Below are positions 12,328 to 25,516 of a stretch of DNA of 64,000 nucleotides, one piece after another. The stretch comes from Squalus acanthias (Eukaryota). Below the pieces are notes generated by a model that saw nothing but the letters and a program-made list of their open reading frames with translations, was not told the origin of the DNA and ran no database searches. A program made the translations under genes and the position numbers. The stretch covers positions 62,310,001 through 62,374,000 of the forward strand of contig CM059441.1 in the NCBI GenBank assembly GCA_030390025.1, read 5' to 3'. The stretch's first letter is position 1. The number at the start of each line of letters is the position of its first letter.

Positions 12328-13312
12328 TGTACTGAGGGAGCGCTGCACTCTCGGAGGGGCAGTACTGAGGGAGCGCTGCACTGTCGGAGGGGCAGTACTG
12401 AGGGAGTGCTGCCCTGTCGGAGGGGCTGTACTGAGGGAGCGCTGCACTGTCGGAGGGGCAGTACTGAGGGAGTGTTGCACTGTCGGAGGGGCAGTACTGA
12501 GGGAGTGCTGCCCTGTTGGAGAGGCAGTACTGAGGGAGTGCTGCACTGTCAAAGGGGCAGTACTGAGGGAGCGCTGCACTGTCGGAGGGGCTGCACTGAG
12601 GGAGTGCTGCACTGTCAAAGGGGCAGTACTGAGGGAGCGCTGCACTGTCGGAGGGGCAGTACTGAGGGAGTGCTGCACTGTTGGAGGGGCTGTACTGAGG
12701 GAGTGCTGCACTGTCGGAGGGGCAGTACTGAGGAAGTGCTGCCCTGTCGGACAGGCAGTACTGAGGGAGTGCTGTACTGTCGGAGGGGCAGTACTGAGGG
12801 AGTGCTGCCCTGTCGGAGAGGCAGTACTGAGGGAGTGCTGCTCTGTCAGAGGGGCAGTACTAAGGGAGCGCTGCACTGTCGGAGGGGCAGTACTGAGGGA
12901 GTGCTGCACTGTCGGAGGGGCTGTACTGAGGGAGTGCTGCACTGTCAGAGGGGCAGTACTGAGGGAGCGCTGCACTGTAGGAGGGGCAGTATTGAGGGAG
13001 CACTGCACTGTGGGATGGGCAGTACTGAGAGAGTGCTAAACTGACAGATGGGCAGTAATGAGGGAGCGCTGCACTGTCGGAGGGGCAGTACTGAGGGAGT
13101 ACTGCACTGTTGGAGGGGCTGTACTGAGAGAGTGCTGCACTGTTGGAGGGGCAGTACTGAGGGAGTGCTGCACTGTTGGAGGGGCAGTACTGAGGGAGTG
13201 CTGCACTGTCGGAGGGGCTGTACTGAGAGAGTGCTGCACTGTCGGAGGGGCTGTACTGAGAGAGTGCTGCACTGTTGGAGGGGCAGTACTGAGGGATGCT
13301 GCACTGTCGGAG
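12328..13312 (+). repeat. 33-bp minisatellite (~30 units, AGTACTGAGGGAGTGCTGCACTGTCGGAGGGGC) expanded inside a Deu-SINE (12290-13635) in Siglec intron 1
   Basis: Unit read directly; the array runs straight into the SINE body GGTGCCGTCTTTCGGATG. Confidence 0.95.
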
Positions 13313-13828
13313 GTGCCGTCTTTCGGATGGGAAGTTAAAGTGAGGCCCTGTTTGCCCTCTTAGCTGAACCTAAAAGGTCCCATGGCACTAATTGGAAGAA
13401 AAGCAGGGGAGTTCTCCCCGATGCCCTGGGGCCAATATTTATCCCTCAACCAGCATCACTGAAAACCAGACGACCTGGTCATGATCACATTATATTTGTG
13501 GGAGCTTGCTGTGCGCAAAATGGCTGACACCTTTCCTACATTACAACAGTGACGACACTTCAAAAAGTACTTCATTGGCTGTAAAGCGCTTTGGGACGTC
13601 CTGAGGTAGTGAAAGCCGCTATAGAAATGCAAGTTTTTCTTTCTTAAAGCCTTGTAACTCACTGCAGAGCACCTATCATCCCACGTTGAATCAATTTGTC
13701 CGTGAAGACATTGTCTGAAAGCAATTTTGATCTCTCGAGCGCTATTGGGCAAGAGGTGAGGTCTCATTAACTCCTTTCTGTTTCAGGTATTGAGAGTGAG
13801 AAGTTGATGAAATATCTGAGAGCGGACA

Positions 13829-13868
13829 ATGATCAGGATATCTTACTGCCTCCTGTCACTTTTCCACG
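13829..13868 (+). CDS. Siglec-like gene exon 2 coding part: signal peptide MIRISYCLLSLFH (exon spans 13787-13868)
   Basis: Acceptor ctcctttctgtttcag ends at 13786. ATG in ACAATG context. Donor G|GTAATA, phase 1, joins in frame to the V-set exon (..FH-A-VLSEEW). Confidence 0.8.
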
Positions 13869-14619
13869 GTAATATCATCGTCTGCTTGGACATATTTATG
13901 GTTAATAGACTTTGCTCAAGATCATTCTTATTGAGCTATGATTGGGGACCACATTCAGCAGTGACCCAGCGTAGTAACTCGCACCAAGTCCCGTTCACCC
14001 ATCACCCCACTGCCTGCTGACATACATTTTCCAGTCTGGCAACAATTGGAGGAGCACAGACATCTTGGAGGGTTGCAGGGCTGGAGGAGGTTACAGAGAT
14101 GGGGAGTGGAGGTAGGCCACGGGGCGATTTGAAATCGAGGATGAGGATTTTAAATTCGAAGTGTTGCCGGCCCGGGAGCCAATGTAGGTCACCGAGCACA
14201 GGGGGAAACGGGTCGAGGAGAGAAGGGGGATAAAAACTGAGGGAAGAAATCTCTCCCGATGCTAGAATTCCGATAGCAAAGTCCTGAAATTTGTGTCTTT
14301 TGCTGATTTTAGTGAGAAGTCGCCCTGAAGGCAACACAGCAGCACTTAGAATAGACAGGCAGTTCAGCTTCCTGCCCATTCTCACCATGATAGCAACCAC
14401 TATAAGGGTGCAAAATAACTGAAAGATAGAAAGAAGGCATACCAGGAAATGTATAAAGGTCTCAAATATGCTGAGTTTCTCTGTTTGCCTCTGGTCTGCT
14501 CTGCAGTAAAATTTCACAGAATCATAGAATCTTATAATACAGAAAGAGTTCATTCAGCCCATCATGCCTGTGCTGTCTCTTTGGTGGAGAAATTCAACTA
14601 TAGCCCTACAGTGATGATT

Positions 14620-14890
14620 ACAATCCAAGCCAAGGGGAGGTGAGGAGGATTATTTTTACGCAGCGAGTTGTTGTGATCTGGAATGCACTGCCTGAAAGGG
14701 CGGTGGAAGCAGATTCAATCGTAACTTTCAAAAGGGAACTGGATAAAAACTTGAAGTGAGAAAAATTTCAGGGCTATGAGGAAAGAGCACGGGGGTGAGA
14801 GTAATTGGATCGCTCCTTCAAAGAGCCGACACAGGCACGATGGGCTGATTGACCTCCTTCTGTGTTTTAAGATTCCGTGATTCCATGATT
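14620..14890 (+). mobile_element. CR1 3' fragment
   Basis: tggaatgcactgcctgaaagggcggtggaagcagattcaat...gatgggctga..tail. Confidence 0.8.
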
Positions 14891-15214
14891 TAAGTTCCTT
14901 ATCAGCAACTCATTGTCTTTCCTGTTAGAATCATGAATATTGCAGAAGAACAGGGAACAAGAGGTGTTTGCCATCATTGTTTAAGGTGGGGCCCAGTTCA
15001 GTTTTAACAAACACGCACTGAGTCCATCTGTGAAAGTCATGAACCCAACACAGCTGCACCTCCGACACATTCAGAGCTCAGGCTAGAGGCGCTTTGCTAC
15101 TGTGCTTCCAAGTGTCTGCTGGAGTCGGGCCAGTGCTGAGCCTGGGGACAAGTCAGTCTACAATACTGTATTGGAATCAACCTACAACAACATTGGTTTT
15201 GTGTCTAAAATAAT

Positions 15215-15349
15215 CCCTTAGACAATGAGGATCCAAAGTGATTCCTTAGACAATGAGGATACAAAGAGATTCCTTAGACAATGAGGATACAAAGAGATTC
15301 CTTAGACAATGAGGATACAAAGTGATTCCTTAGACAATGAAGACACAAA
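15215..15349 (+). repeat. 28-bp tandem repeat, ~4.8 copies (CCTTAGACAATGAGGATACAAAGTGATT)
   Basis: Read directly. Confidence 0.9.
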
Positions 15350-17066
15350 GTGGGGAATTTTCTGGGGGGGTCAGCAGGCACGATCGGTGGCGGGTCGGGT
15401 GGGAAAGTGTGTTTTTTGACAGCAGATCGGGACCCTGCTGTCAACCCGCTGCCACACACCTTTATCAAATATCAGGTCTGTCAGCGCTGAGCAGACCCGA
15501 CACGTAGCGGCGGGGGAGGCAATTCAGGTCAGTATGACCTTGTTACCAGAGGATTAACAACAATTTTGAGCTCACCTTTAGAATTTACCAGCTCGCCAGT
15601 GGGGTCCACGCTGCTCGTGGAATCATCTCATTACTTGACAGCTTGAAATGTGCTATAATAGCTCCCATCTCACAGCTGTTTAATTTCCAAGCTCAGCAGC
15701 TGTTGCTTACTGCATTTGGAAGACAAATTCAGCTTTTTGCAGGTTGCAAGTGTTTGGAGCAAACTCTCTCACCATTGACAGATTGCTTCTGTCATCTCAA
15801 CTTCACCTGCCATCTATTCCATGAACATGCTAGCCCTTCATACTGTCTCACCTTGGTCCTCAGCATCCGACCACAATCAACCGCAACACCAGCAGCACCA
15901 GGCACACCAGTAGCACGAACAAACACACCAACATTCTCCTCAATCACCTGATGCTGCACAGGACAGAGGGCTTCAGCACCCAACCACATTGCTGCCCGGG
16001 ACACCAGGGATGGCCTCACCATCGCCACATTTACTTCACTTGATGCTGTACACCCTGGCTGTCACATGATGCGCCAAGGTTGTCACCACCACACACCAAC
16101 ACCATAAAGCATCCCTACAATGTCCAAGCCATTCCTTTCACACTCATCAGTGTTGCAGGGGGGTGCTATTATGTCTCACCATTCACTGCAACTCACTAAG
16201 CCACTTCCAAAGGTGTACACAAATCTGTCCAAGAACGCAAAGTGTTGAAAATAAAGATTTCAATGTTTGACAGCACATTAACAGAAACTTCACATGAAAA
16301 TTGGCTAAAACACACAAGTGCCTACCCTTGTGTGTTGTTAGTTGGTATGATTGGACTAGGATGAGGGTGAGTGTGAGGGGTGGCTAGTGAGATGGGGAAG
16401 TGATAATGTAGATAGAGAGGGATGGGTGGAGGTGCAAGGTAAGTTGGTGTGAGTCAGGATGTGCAGGAGTAGGGTAAGGAAGGCAGAGTAATAGGATGTG
16501 ATGAGAGGCACAGCAGGATGAGGTTGAGTGTGGCTTGGCAGTAATGTTTCGTCATCTATTGAGATCATTGGAAGGTTTGAGCCACTGCAGCCTGGTCCTC
16601 CTGATGACATCCCTACTTGTCCCCTCCTGTGCAATGTGCAACCAGGCTGCGTTGGTCTCCTGGGGAAGTCTCTTCCGCCCATTCGAAGGGAAGAGAACCA
16701 CCCTGTGTGTTGTGACTCCCTCCATAAGCATATGAAGGGAGTCATAGGTGAGCCTGGGTGCAGCCGTTCACCTCTGTGCAGTGCTTGTCAGTGTTTGCAG
16801 CACCTCAATGCACTAGAACACTGACAGTACAGATGCCAAAGTAAATTTGCGTATGATCCCTTTAAGGAAACCGGCTGATAAGGAAACTCATCAAATAATG
16901 TCATCAGACCCGCTTCCTTCAACTGGCCGGCAAACGCACAGGGCGGGCGTAACATGCCCAATCAGGGGAAAGTCATGTCGGAGGCTGGTTGAAGCCAGCA
17001 GCGAGGTCATGACCTGCCACCGACCTCGCCCGCCAGGGACCCGCCGAGGTAGGGGAAATCGCGGCC
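15349..17066. mobile_element. Internally deleted, old Harbinger derivative
   Basis: Degenerate termini, possible AAA TSD. 15600-16030 resembles 5700-6270; 16530-16760 is a decayed Myb/SANT exon; right subterminus shared with MITEs. Confidence 0.65.
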
Positions 17067-17493
17067 AAAGTGTGCCAAGCAGACTGAATCAGCCTAGCCA
17101 ATCAGATGGGTTGCAGACCAAACAAGAAGGTTTTAAATAGTGATTCATAATGGAGAAAATGGCGTGAGTTCTGATGGTTTCCAATCCATTGTTCCTGCAT
17201 TGTAATTCAGCGCAGAATATATCTCCATTGGTGGGTCTTTTAGGCTTTGTGTTGGGTTGAAGACTTGCTTCACTAAACAGGGTCCTGAGGTCCTTGAGTC
17301 AATATAGAACATACTTTTCCACTCCCATGTCCAGGATTCCCTTTCATCTGTTGAGTAACCTTGGTGAGTTCCTTGTTTGTCCTGTAGATGGTACACACTG
17401 CAGCCACAGTGCGCCAATTGCAGAGGGGCTGAAGATCGAGTCTAGTGGAGCGAAAAGCCATCCAGTGCTAAATATTGATATTTTTCTCCTCAG

Positions 17494-17859
17494 CTGTATT
17501 GTCAGAAGAGTGGAAAGGCAACACTCCACGAGATGTGAAAGCACAGGAAGGTTTGTGTGCACAGATTCCATGTCATTACAGTTATCCATCGAGTCTGGCA
17601 AACCAAACACGAGTTGGAATCTGGTATAAAAATGAGAGACGGATATTATGGTCTGTAGCCTTTCACTCCAAGTATCACAATCAGTCGCCACAGTTACGAC
17701 ATCGGATCCGGCTGTCTGGAGACCTGAAAGATGGCGACTGTTCACTGATTATAAACAACATCACACAGCAAGATGCAGGTCCTTATTATTTCAGGATAGA
17801 ATTTTCTGATAACAAGGGTAGCTACAGCTACAAACCTGACACACTGCTTCAAGTTTCTG
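17494..17859 (+). CDS. Siglec-like gene exon 3: N-terminal V-set sialic-acid-binding Ig domain
   Basis: 366 nt, phase 1-1, tttttctcctcag / GTAAGT. EEW..AQEGLCAQIPCHYSYP...GDCSLII...DAGPYYFRIE...YSYK shows the Siglec GLC/PC/CSL cysteines and the F-strand Arg (AGG 17793-17795). Confidence 0.93.
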
Positions 17860-18141
17860 GTAAGTGCTGTGTTATAATTACTCAATAATTCACGTTCAAC
17901 AGTCAATGGGAAATAACATCAACTGTGGCGGTTACATATTAACACAAAACACAGCTTATTATAATGCAGCGTCTGATTATCAATATCCTGGTGATATCTT
18001 CCACTTCAGTCCTAAAGCATCCTCTAATACTCACTTTATTATAATGATTGAATGTCTTGACTGTGTCCATCAATGTTATCAGGTTATCAACTCCCATCTA
18101 TCTCTCTAATCGTGTTTAAATTCTGACATATAGACAAAGTA

Positions 18142-21100
18142 AAGAACATAAGAACATAAGAAATAAGAGCAGGAGTAGGCCATACGGCCCCTCGAGCCTG
18201 CTCCGCCACTCAATAAGATCATGGCTGATCATCGACCTCAACTCCACTTTCCCGCCCGATCTCCATATCCCTCGATCCCATGGAGTCCAAAAATCTATCT
18301 ATCTCAGCCTTGAATATACTCAAAGTCTCAGCATTCACAGCCCTCTGGGGTGGAGAATTCCAAAGATTCACAATCCTCTGAGTGAAGAAATTCCTCCTCA
18401 TCTCAGGCTTAAATGGCCGACCCCTTATCCTGAGACTATACCCGCTAGTTCTAGACACTCCAGCCAGGGGAAACAGCTACTCAGCATTTACCCTGTAAAT
18501 CCCCTTCAGAATCTTGTATGTTTCAATGAGATCACCTGTCATTCTTCTAAACTCCAGAGAGCATAGGCCCATTCTACACAATCTCTCATCATAGGACAGC
18601 CCTCTCATCCCAGGAATCAATCTAGTGAACCTTCGTTGCACTGCCTCCAAGACAAGTTAATCCTTCCTCAGATAAGGAGACCAAAACTGTGCACAGTACT
18701 CCAGGTGTGGACTCACCAAGGCCCTGTACAATTGTAGCAAGATTCCTTACTCTTATACTCCAACCCCTTTGCAATAAAGGCCAACATGCCATTTGCCTTC
18801 CTTAGTGCTTGCTGTACCTGCACGCTAGCTTTCTGTGTTTCTTGCACGAGGACACCCAAATCTCTCTGAACACCAACATTTGAAAGTTTCTCACCATTTA
18901 AAAATTATTCTGTTTTTCTATTCTTCCTACCAAAGTGAATAACCTCACATTTCCCTACATTATGCTCCATCTGTGACCTTACTGCCCACTCACTTAGTCT
19001 ATCTACAGCCCTTTGCAGACTCTTAGGGCTGGATTTTAACAGCCCTGAGGAGGCGGGTTTGGAGGCGGAACTGCTGGCAAAATCAAAAAGAACGGGAGCG
19101 GGTCCCGAACCCACTCCCAACCCGCCTCCAAACAATTTTCCCGGGAGTCGGGTCCCCAATTTGCGCCTGGGACTCGACTCCTAGTGGCAGGAAGTGGATT
19201 ATAGCCACTTAACTGCCTGTTAACAGTGGCTTTTTCCCATTTTGAGACTTCTGCTGCGGGCTTCCCGATGTCAGGGAATCCCGCCAGGGTACGTGAGGCG
19301 TGCTGTGGGTCTGTTGTAATGTTTGCGTATAGATGACAGATGCAGAAGTGGTATGCAGGATCCAATGGGACACTGGTGAGTATCAGAGGAAAGGAGATGT
19401 TGGGAAAGTCATTTTTAATGTGTTAAGATTTTTCTGTAGTTGACAAGTTTTGAAGTGTTTGTGTGGCCTCACCTCATTGGGAGAAGTGACAGATCGCTTC
19501 TGTAAACTCATCTGTAGCTGCCATCTGTTTTATCCTGAGGAGAGCCTGGGTACAAGGGCTTACCTTTGTACAGTGATTGCCAGTGTTTGACAGCACCTCA
19601 TGCTGTCAAACACTGACATATCCTCTGTCAAAAATAAGTGCTACATGTCCCTTTAAGAAAACCGGCAGATGAAGTGTCATCAACTGACTTCATCTAACAC
19701 CGGCTTTCCCTTAATCGGCCAGCAAGCCCGCAGGGCGGGCTTAACAAGGCCAATCAGGGGAAAATAACGTCTGTGCGTCAGGCATCGCTGGGGGCGGGAC
19801 TAGAACCCGGACGGCAGCAGTCCCGCCCCCAACTTGTCTCGGCAGGTAAAATCCAGCCCTTTGTGTTCTCCTCATAGCTTCCTGTCCCAACTAGCTTTGT
19901 ATCATCAGCAAACTTGGATACATTACACTCGGTCCCTTCATCTAGGCCATCAATATAGATTGTAAATAGCTGAGGCCCCAACACTGATCCTTGCGACACC
20001 CCACTAGTTACAGCCTGCCAACCTGAAAAAGATCCTTTTACACCTACTCTCTCTTTTCTGTCGGCTAACCAATCTTTTATCCATGCTACTATATTACCCC
20101 CAACCCCATGAGCCCTAAACTTGTGTAATAACCCTTTATGTGGCACCTTGTCGAATACCTTTTGGAAATTCAAATATATTAAATCTACTGGTTCCCCTTT
20201 ATCTACCCTGCTAGTTACATCCTCAAAAAACTCTAAAATATTTGTCAAACACGATTTCCCTTTCATAAAACCATGTTGACTCAGTCTAATCATGTTATGT
20301 TTTTCTAAGTGCCCTGATACCACTTCCTTAACAATGGAGTCCAGCATTTTCCCGACGACTGATATCAGGCTAACTGGCCTGTAGTTCCCTGTTTTTTTTC
20401 TCCCTCCTTTCTTGAATAGCAGTGTTACATTTGCTACCTTCCAATCGATTGGGACCTTTCTAGAATCTAGGGAATTTTGAAAGATCAAAACCAATGCATC
20501 CACTATCTCTTCAACCACCTCTTTTAGAACCCTAGGATGCAGGCCATCAGGTCCAGGGGATTTGTCGGCTTTTAGTCCCATTAATTTGTCTAATACTTGT
20601 TCTCTACTTATATTAATTATGTTAAGTACCTCACCCTCATTAGAACCTTGGTTCCCCACTATTTTTGGTATGCTTTTTGTGTCTTCTACTGTGAAGACAG
20701 ATACAAAAAATTTGTTTAACGTTTCTGCTATTTCCTTATTTCCCATAATAATTCCTCCTGTCTCAGCCTCTAAGTGACCAATGTTTACTTTTGCTACTCT
20801 CTTCCTTTTTACATACTTATAGAAGCTCTTACAGTCTGCTTTTATATTTCTTGTTAGTTTTCTCTCATTCTATTTTCCCCTTTATATAAAATTTTTGGTC
20901 AACCTTTGCTGGTTTCTGAAAGTCTCCCAATCCTCAGGCTTACTATTATTCTTTGCCACATTATGAGCTTCTTTCAATCCAATGCTTTCCTTAACATCTT
21001 TAGTTAGCCATGGTTGGATCACTTTGGCTGTGGAGTTTTTGTTTCACAAAATTAAAGCAAAACTCTATCATATTATGATCACTCTGCCCCAGAGGATCCT

Positions 21101-21465
21101 TTACTATGATATTGCTAATTAACCCTGACTTATTACACAATACAATATCTAAAATAACCTGTTCCCTGGTTGGTTCCATGACATATTGTTCTAGGAAACT
21201 GCCCCGAATGCATTCCATGACCTCGTCCTCCAGACTACCTTTGCCAATTTGATTTGTCCAGTCTATATGAAGATTAAAGTCCCCCAAGATTATTGCATTA
21301 CCTTTGTTGCAAGCTCCTACTATTTCTTGATTAATATTCTGCCCAACAGTATAGCTACTGTTGGGGGACCTATATACTACCCCTACCAGTGTTTTCTGAC
21401 CCTTGTTATTCCTTATCTCCACCCATACTGATTCTACTTCCTGATCTTCTGAGCTGAGATCCTTG
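18142..21465 (-). mobile_element. 5'-truncated, degraded CR1 split by a MITE
   Basis: Tail aagaacataagaacataag at 18142; RT ORF 19860-20746 (FADD); endonuclease piece 21060-21422. Confidence 0.9.
19026..19859. mobile_element. Harbinger-type MITE
   Basis: Perfect 13-bp TIR GGGCTGGATTTTA; 3-bp TSD TTA/TTT; interrupts the CR1 RT. Confidence 0.88.
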
Positions 21466-22450
21466 CATTTCTATAGTGTTCTTCATGACCGCAGGATGTC
21501 CCGATGCGCTTAACAGCCAAAGAAGTACATTTCAAGTGTAGTCACTCTTGCAATGTAGGAATCGCAGCAGCCAAATTGTGCACAGCAAGCTCCCACAAAC
21601 ATCAGTGAGGTAAATGACCAGATCATCTGTTTTAGTAGTCGGTTGAGGGATAAATGCAAATTGTTTTGGTCCTGCTGAGTACAGGATATAATTTAACAAA
21701 GGCAGAGATCGTTGAGAAAGTGAGGTTCCGAGGTGTGACTTGCTCCTCCACCCCCTCCCATTATTGGCAATTCAAGGGTCTCGGAGTGAAAGTGCTTTAA
21801 GCACAATGACAGACACTCAGCCAAGCCTGAAAATAGGAAAGTACTTTCTCTAACATCGTTACAGGGAGTAACACAGATTAACACAGATTAACACAGAGTT
21901 ACATCGAGAGTTACAAACAGGCCATTCGGCACAACTGGTCGATGCTGGTGTGTATTCTCCACACGAGCCTCCTCCCACCGCCCTTCATCTCACCCTATCA
22001 GCATATCCTTCTATTGCTTTTTCCCTCATGCACCTCTCTAGCTTCCCCTTCAATGCATCAGTGCTATTAGCCTCAATCACTCCCTGTGGGAGCAAGTTTC
22101 ACATTCTCACCACTCTCTTGGTAAAGAAGTTTCTCCTGAATTCCATGATGGATTTATTAGTGACTATATTATATTGATGACCCCTAGTTCTGGTCTCCCC
22201 CAACAAGTGGAAACATCTTCTCTACGTCTACTCTATCAAACACCTTCATCATTTTAAAGACCTCTGTTAGGCCACCCCTCAGCCATCACTTTTCACGAGA
22301 AAAGACCCCCAGCCTGTTCAGTCTTTCCTGATCATTATAACCTTGGCTATCATCTTTGTAAAAATAGTTTCGCTTGCGGGACGATGATTTCTATTTGAAC
22401 TGATGCTTCATGTTATATTTATCTAAAAGGATCCATTCTCTGTGTGTTAG

Positions 22451-22744
22451 TTTTCACAGATAAACCCACGATATTCCCTGCTGAAATTATTGAAGGAAAG
22501 CATGTGGACGTAAGCTGCACCTTCAACACCACGTGCAAGGGAACAGCACCTGTCTTAACCTGGGTCAAACCCGCTGACATACCCGGGTCAGTCTCAAACA
22601 GTGTAACTCAGCATGGCATCACTCTGACATATACTGCTGTTCTGACCCTGATCCCATCAGTAAAACACCACGGGAAAACTCTTACCTGCAGAGTCAGATA
22701 TCCATCTGTTTCATCTGAGCGGACCCTAGCACTAACTGTGCAAC
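22451..22744 (+). CDS. Siglec-like gene exon 4: C2-set Ig domain 2
   Basis: 294 nt, phase 1-1, donor C|GTAAGT. FTDKPTIFP..SCTFNTTCKGTAPVLTW...HHGKTLTCRV has the extra Cys that pairs with the V domain in Siglecs. Alternative in-frame start at 22460. Confidence 0.92.
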
Positions 22745-22829
22745 GTAAGTACGGACATCCTTTATTCTACATTACACATAATAGTCTACATTGCGCAAAG
22801 CAAGATCCCACAAACAGCAATTTTAAAAA

Positions 22830-25165
22830 ATTTGTTCCTGTGATGTGGGCAACGCTGGCAAGGCCAGCATTTATTGCCCATCTCTAATTACCCTTGAGAA
22901 GGTGATCATGAGCGACCTTCTTGAACCGCTGCAGTCTGTGCGGTGAAGGTACTCGCACAGTGTTCTTAGGGAGGGAGTTCCAGGATTTTGACCCAGCGAT
23001 GATGAAGGAACGGTGATATATTTCCAAGTCAGGATGGTGTGTGACTTGGAGGGGAACTTGGAGGTGGTGGTGTTCCCATAGCCTGCAGCCCTTGTCCTGA
23101 ATGTCGTCCAGGTCTTGCTGCATGTGGGCATGGACTGCTTCATTATCTGAGGAATTGCGAATGGAACTGAACACTGTGCAGTCATCAGTGAACATCCCCA
23201 CTTCTGACCTTATGATGGAGGGAAGGTCATTGATGAAGCAGCTGAAGAATGTTGGGCCTAGGACACTGTCGTGAGGAACTCCTGCAGCAATGTCCTGGGG
23301 CTGAGATGATTGACCTCCAACAATCACAACCATCTTCCTTTGTGCTAGGTATGATTCCAGCCAGTGGAGCGTTTATCCCCTGATTCCCATTGACTTCAAT
23401 TTTACTGGGGCTCCTTGTTGCCACACTTGGCCAAAGGCTGCCTTAATGTCAAGGGCAGTCACTCTCACCTCAGCTCTGGAATTCAGATCTTTTGTCCATG
23501 TTTGTACCAAATCTGTAATGAAGTCTGGAGCTGAGTGGTCCGAGTGGAACGTGAACTGAGCATCTGTAAGCAGGTTATTGGTGAGTGCCGCTTGATAGCA
23601 CTGTCGATGACACCTTCCATCACTTTACTGACGATTGAGAGTAGACTGATGGGGCGGTAATTGGCCGGATTGGATTTGTCCTGCTTTGTGTGGACAGGAC
23701 ATACCTGGGCAGTTTTCCACATTGTCAGGTAGATGCCAGTGTTGTAGCTGTACTGAAACAGCTTGGCTAGAGGCGCGGCTAGTTCTGGAGCACAAGTCTT
23801 CAGCACAACAGCCAGGATGTTTGTGGGCCCATAGACTTTGCTGTATCCAGTGCGCTCAGCCATTTCTTGATGTCATGTGGAGTGAACCGAATTGGCTGAA
23901 GACTGGCTTCTGTGATGGTGGGGACCTCAGGAAGAGGACGAAATGGATCATCCACTCGGCACTTCTGGCTGAAGATGTTTGCAAACGCTTCAGCCTTGTC
24001 TTTTGCACTCGCATGCTGGGCTCAGCCATCTTTGAGGATGGGAATATTCATGGAACCACCTTCTCCCGTTAGTTGTTTAATTGTCCACCGCCATTCACGA
24101 CTGGATGTGGCAGGACTACAGAGCTTTGATCAGATCCATTGGTTGTGGGATCGCTTAGCTCTGTCTATAGCATGTCGTTTCCGTTGTTTAGCATGCATGT
24201 AATCCTGTGTTGCAGCTTCCCCAGGTTGGCACCTCAGTTTTAGGAACGGCTGGTGCTGCTCCTAGCATGCTCTTCTGCACTGCTCATTGAACCAGGGTTG
24301 GTCCCCTGGCTTGATGGTAGTGGTAGAGTGAGGGATATGGTGTGCCATGAGGTTACAGATTGTGGTGGAATACAATTCTGCTGCTGCTGATGGCCCATAA
24401 CCCCTCATGGATGTCCAGTTTTGAGCTGCTAGATCTGTTCCGAATCTATCCCATTTAGCATGATGGTAGTGCCACACAACACAATGGAGGGTGTCCTCAG
24501 TATGAAGACGGGATTTTTTCTACACAAGGACTGTGTGGTGGTCACTCTTACCAATACTGTCATGGAGAGATGCATCTGCGATAGGTGGACTGGTAAGGAC
24601 AAGGTCAATTAGGTTTTTCCCTTATGTTGGTTCACTCACCACCTGCTACAGGCCCAGTCTGGCAGCTATGTCCTTCAGGACTCGACCAGCTCGTTCAGTA
24701 GTGGTGCTTCCGAGTCACTCTTGGTGATGGACATTGAATTCCCCCACCCAGAGTACATTCTGTGCCCTAGTGACCCTCAATTCTTCTTCAAAGTGGTGTT
24801 CAACATGGAGGAGTACTGATTCATCAGCTGAGGGAGGGCGGTGGGTGGTAATCAGCAGGAAGTTTCCTTGCCCATGTTTGACCTGAAGCCATGAGACTTC
24901 ATGAGGTCCGGAGTCAATGTTGAGGACTGCCAGGGACACTCCCTCCCGACTGTATACCACTGTGCCGCCACCTCTGGTGGGTCTGTCCTGTTGCTGGGAT
25001 AGGACATACCCAAGGATGGTGATGGAGGAGTCTGGGACATTGGCTGAAAGATAAGATTCTGTGAGTATGACTATGTCAGCTGTTGCTTGACAAGTCTGTT
25101 GGGCAGGTCTCCCAATTTTGGCACAAGGCCCCAGATCATAGTGAGGAGGACTTTGCAGGGTCCAG
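22830..25165 (-). mobile_element. Degraded LINE (CR1/L2 group, second family), endonuclease plus RT
   Basis: LTESYL, NYRPISLLSI, GVP.DSVLGP and FTDD remnants with frameshifts. Confidence 0.85.
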
Positions 25166-25516
25166 ATCACATGTTTTTATTGATAAATGTTGATCAGGAC
25201 ACTGGGGAGAACACTTCTTTGAATAGTGTCACGGGAACGTTTATGTCCATCTGAGAGCGCAGACGGGGCCTCGGTTTAACATGTTATGCAAAAGACGGAA
25301 CCTCCAAACAGTGCAGCACTCCCCTAGTACTGCCACCCCGACAGTGCAGCACTTCCTCAGTACTGCCCACCGGCAGTGCAGCATTTCCCTGGTACGACCC
25401 CTCCGGCAGGTCAGTGCTCCCTTAGTACTGCAGTAAATTGTCTGCCTGGATTACGTGCTTTGTGACGAAGAAAGTTGCATTGATATAACAGTTAACTGAT
25501 CTTTATTTTTTTTTAG

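Noticed and set aside
12328-13312. CRISPR-like array
   Set aside because: Head-to-tail repeats without unique spacers, eukaryotic context, no cas genes.
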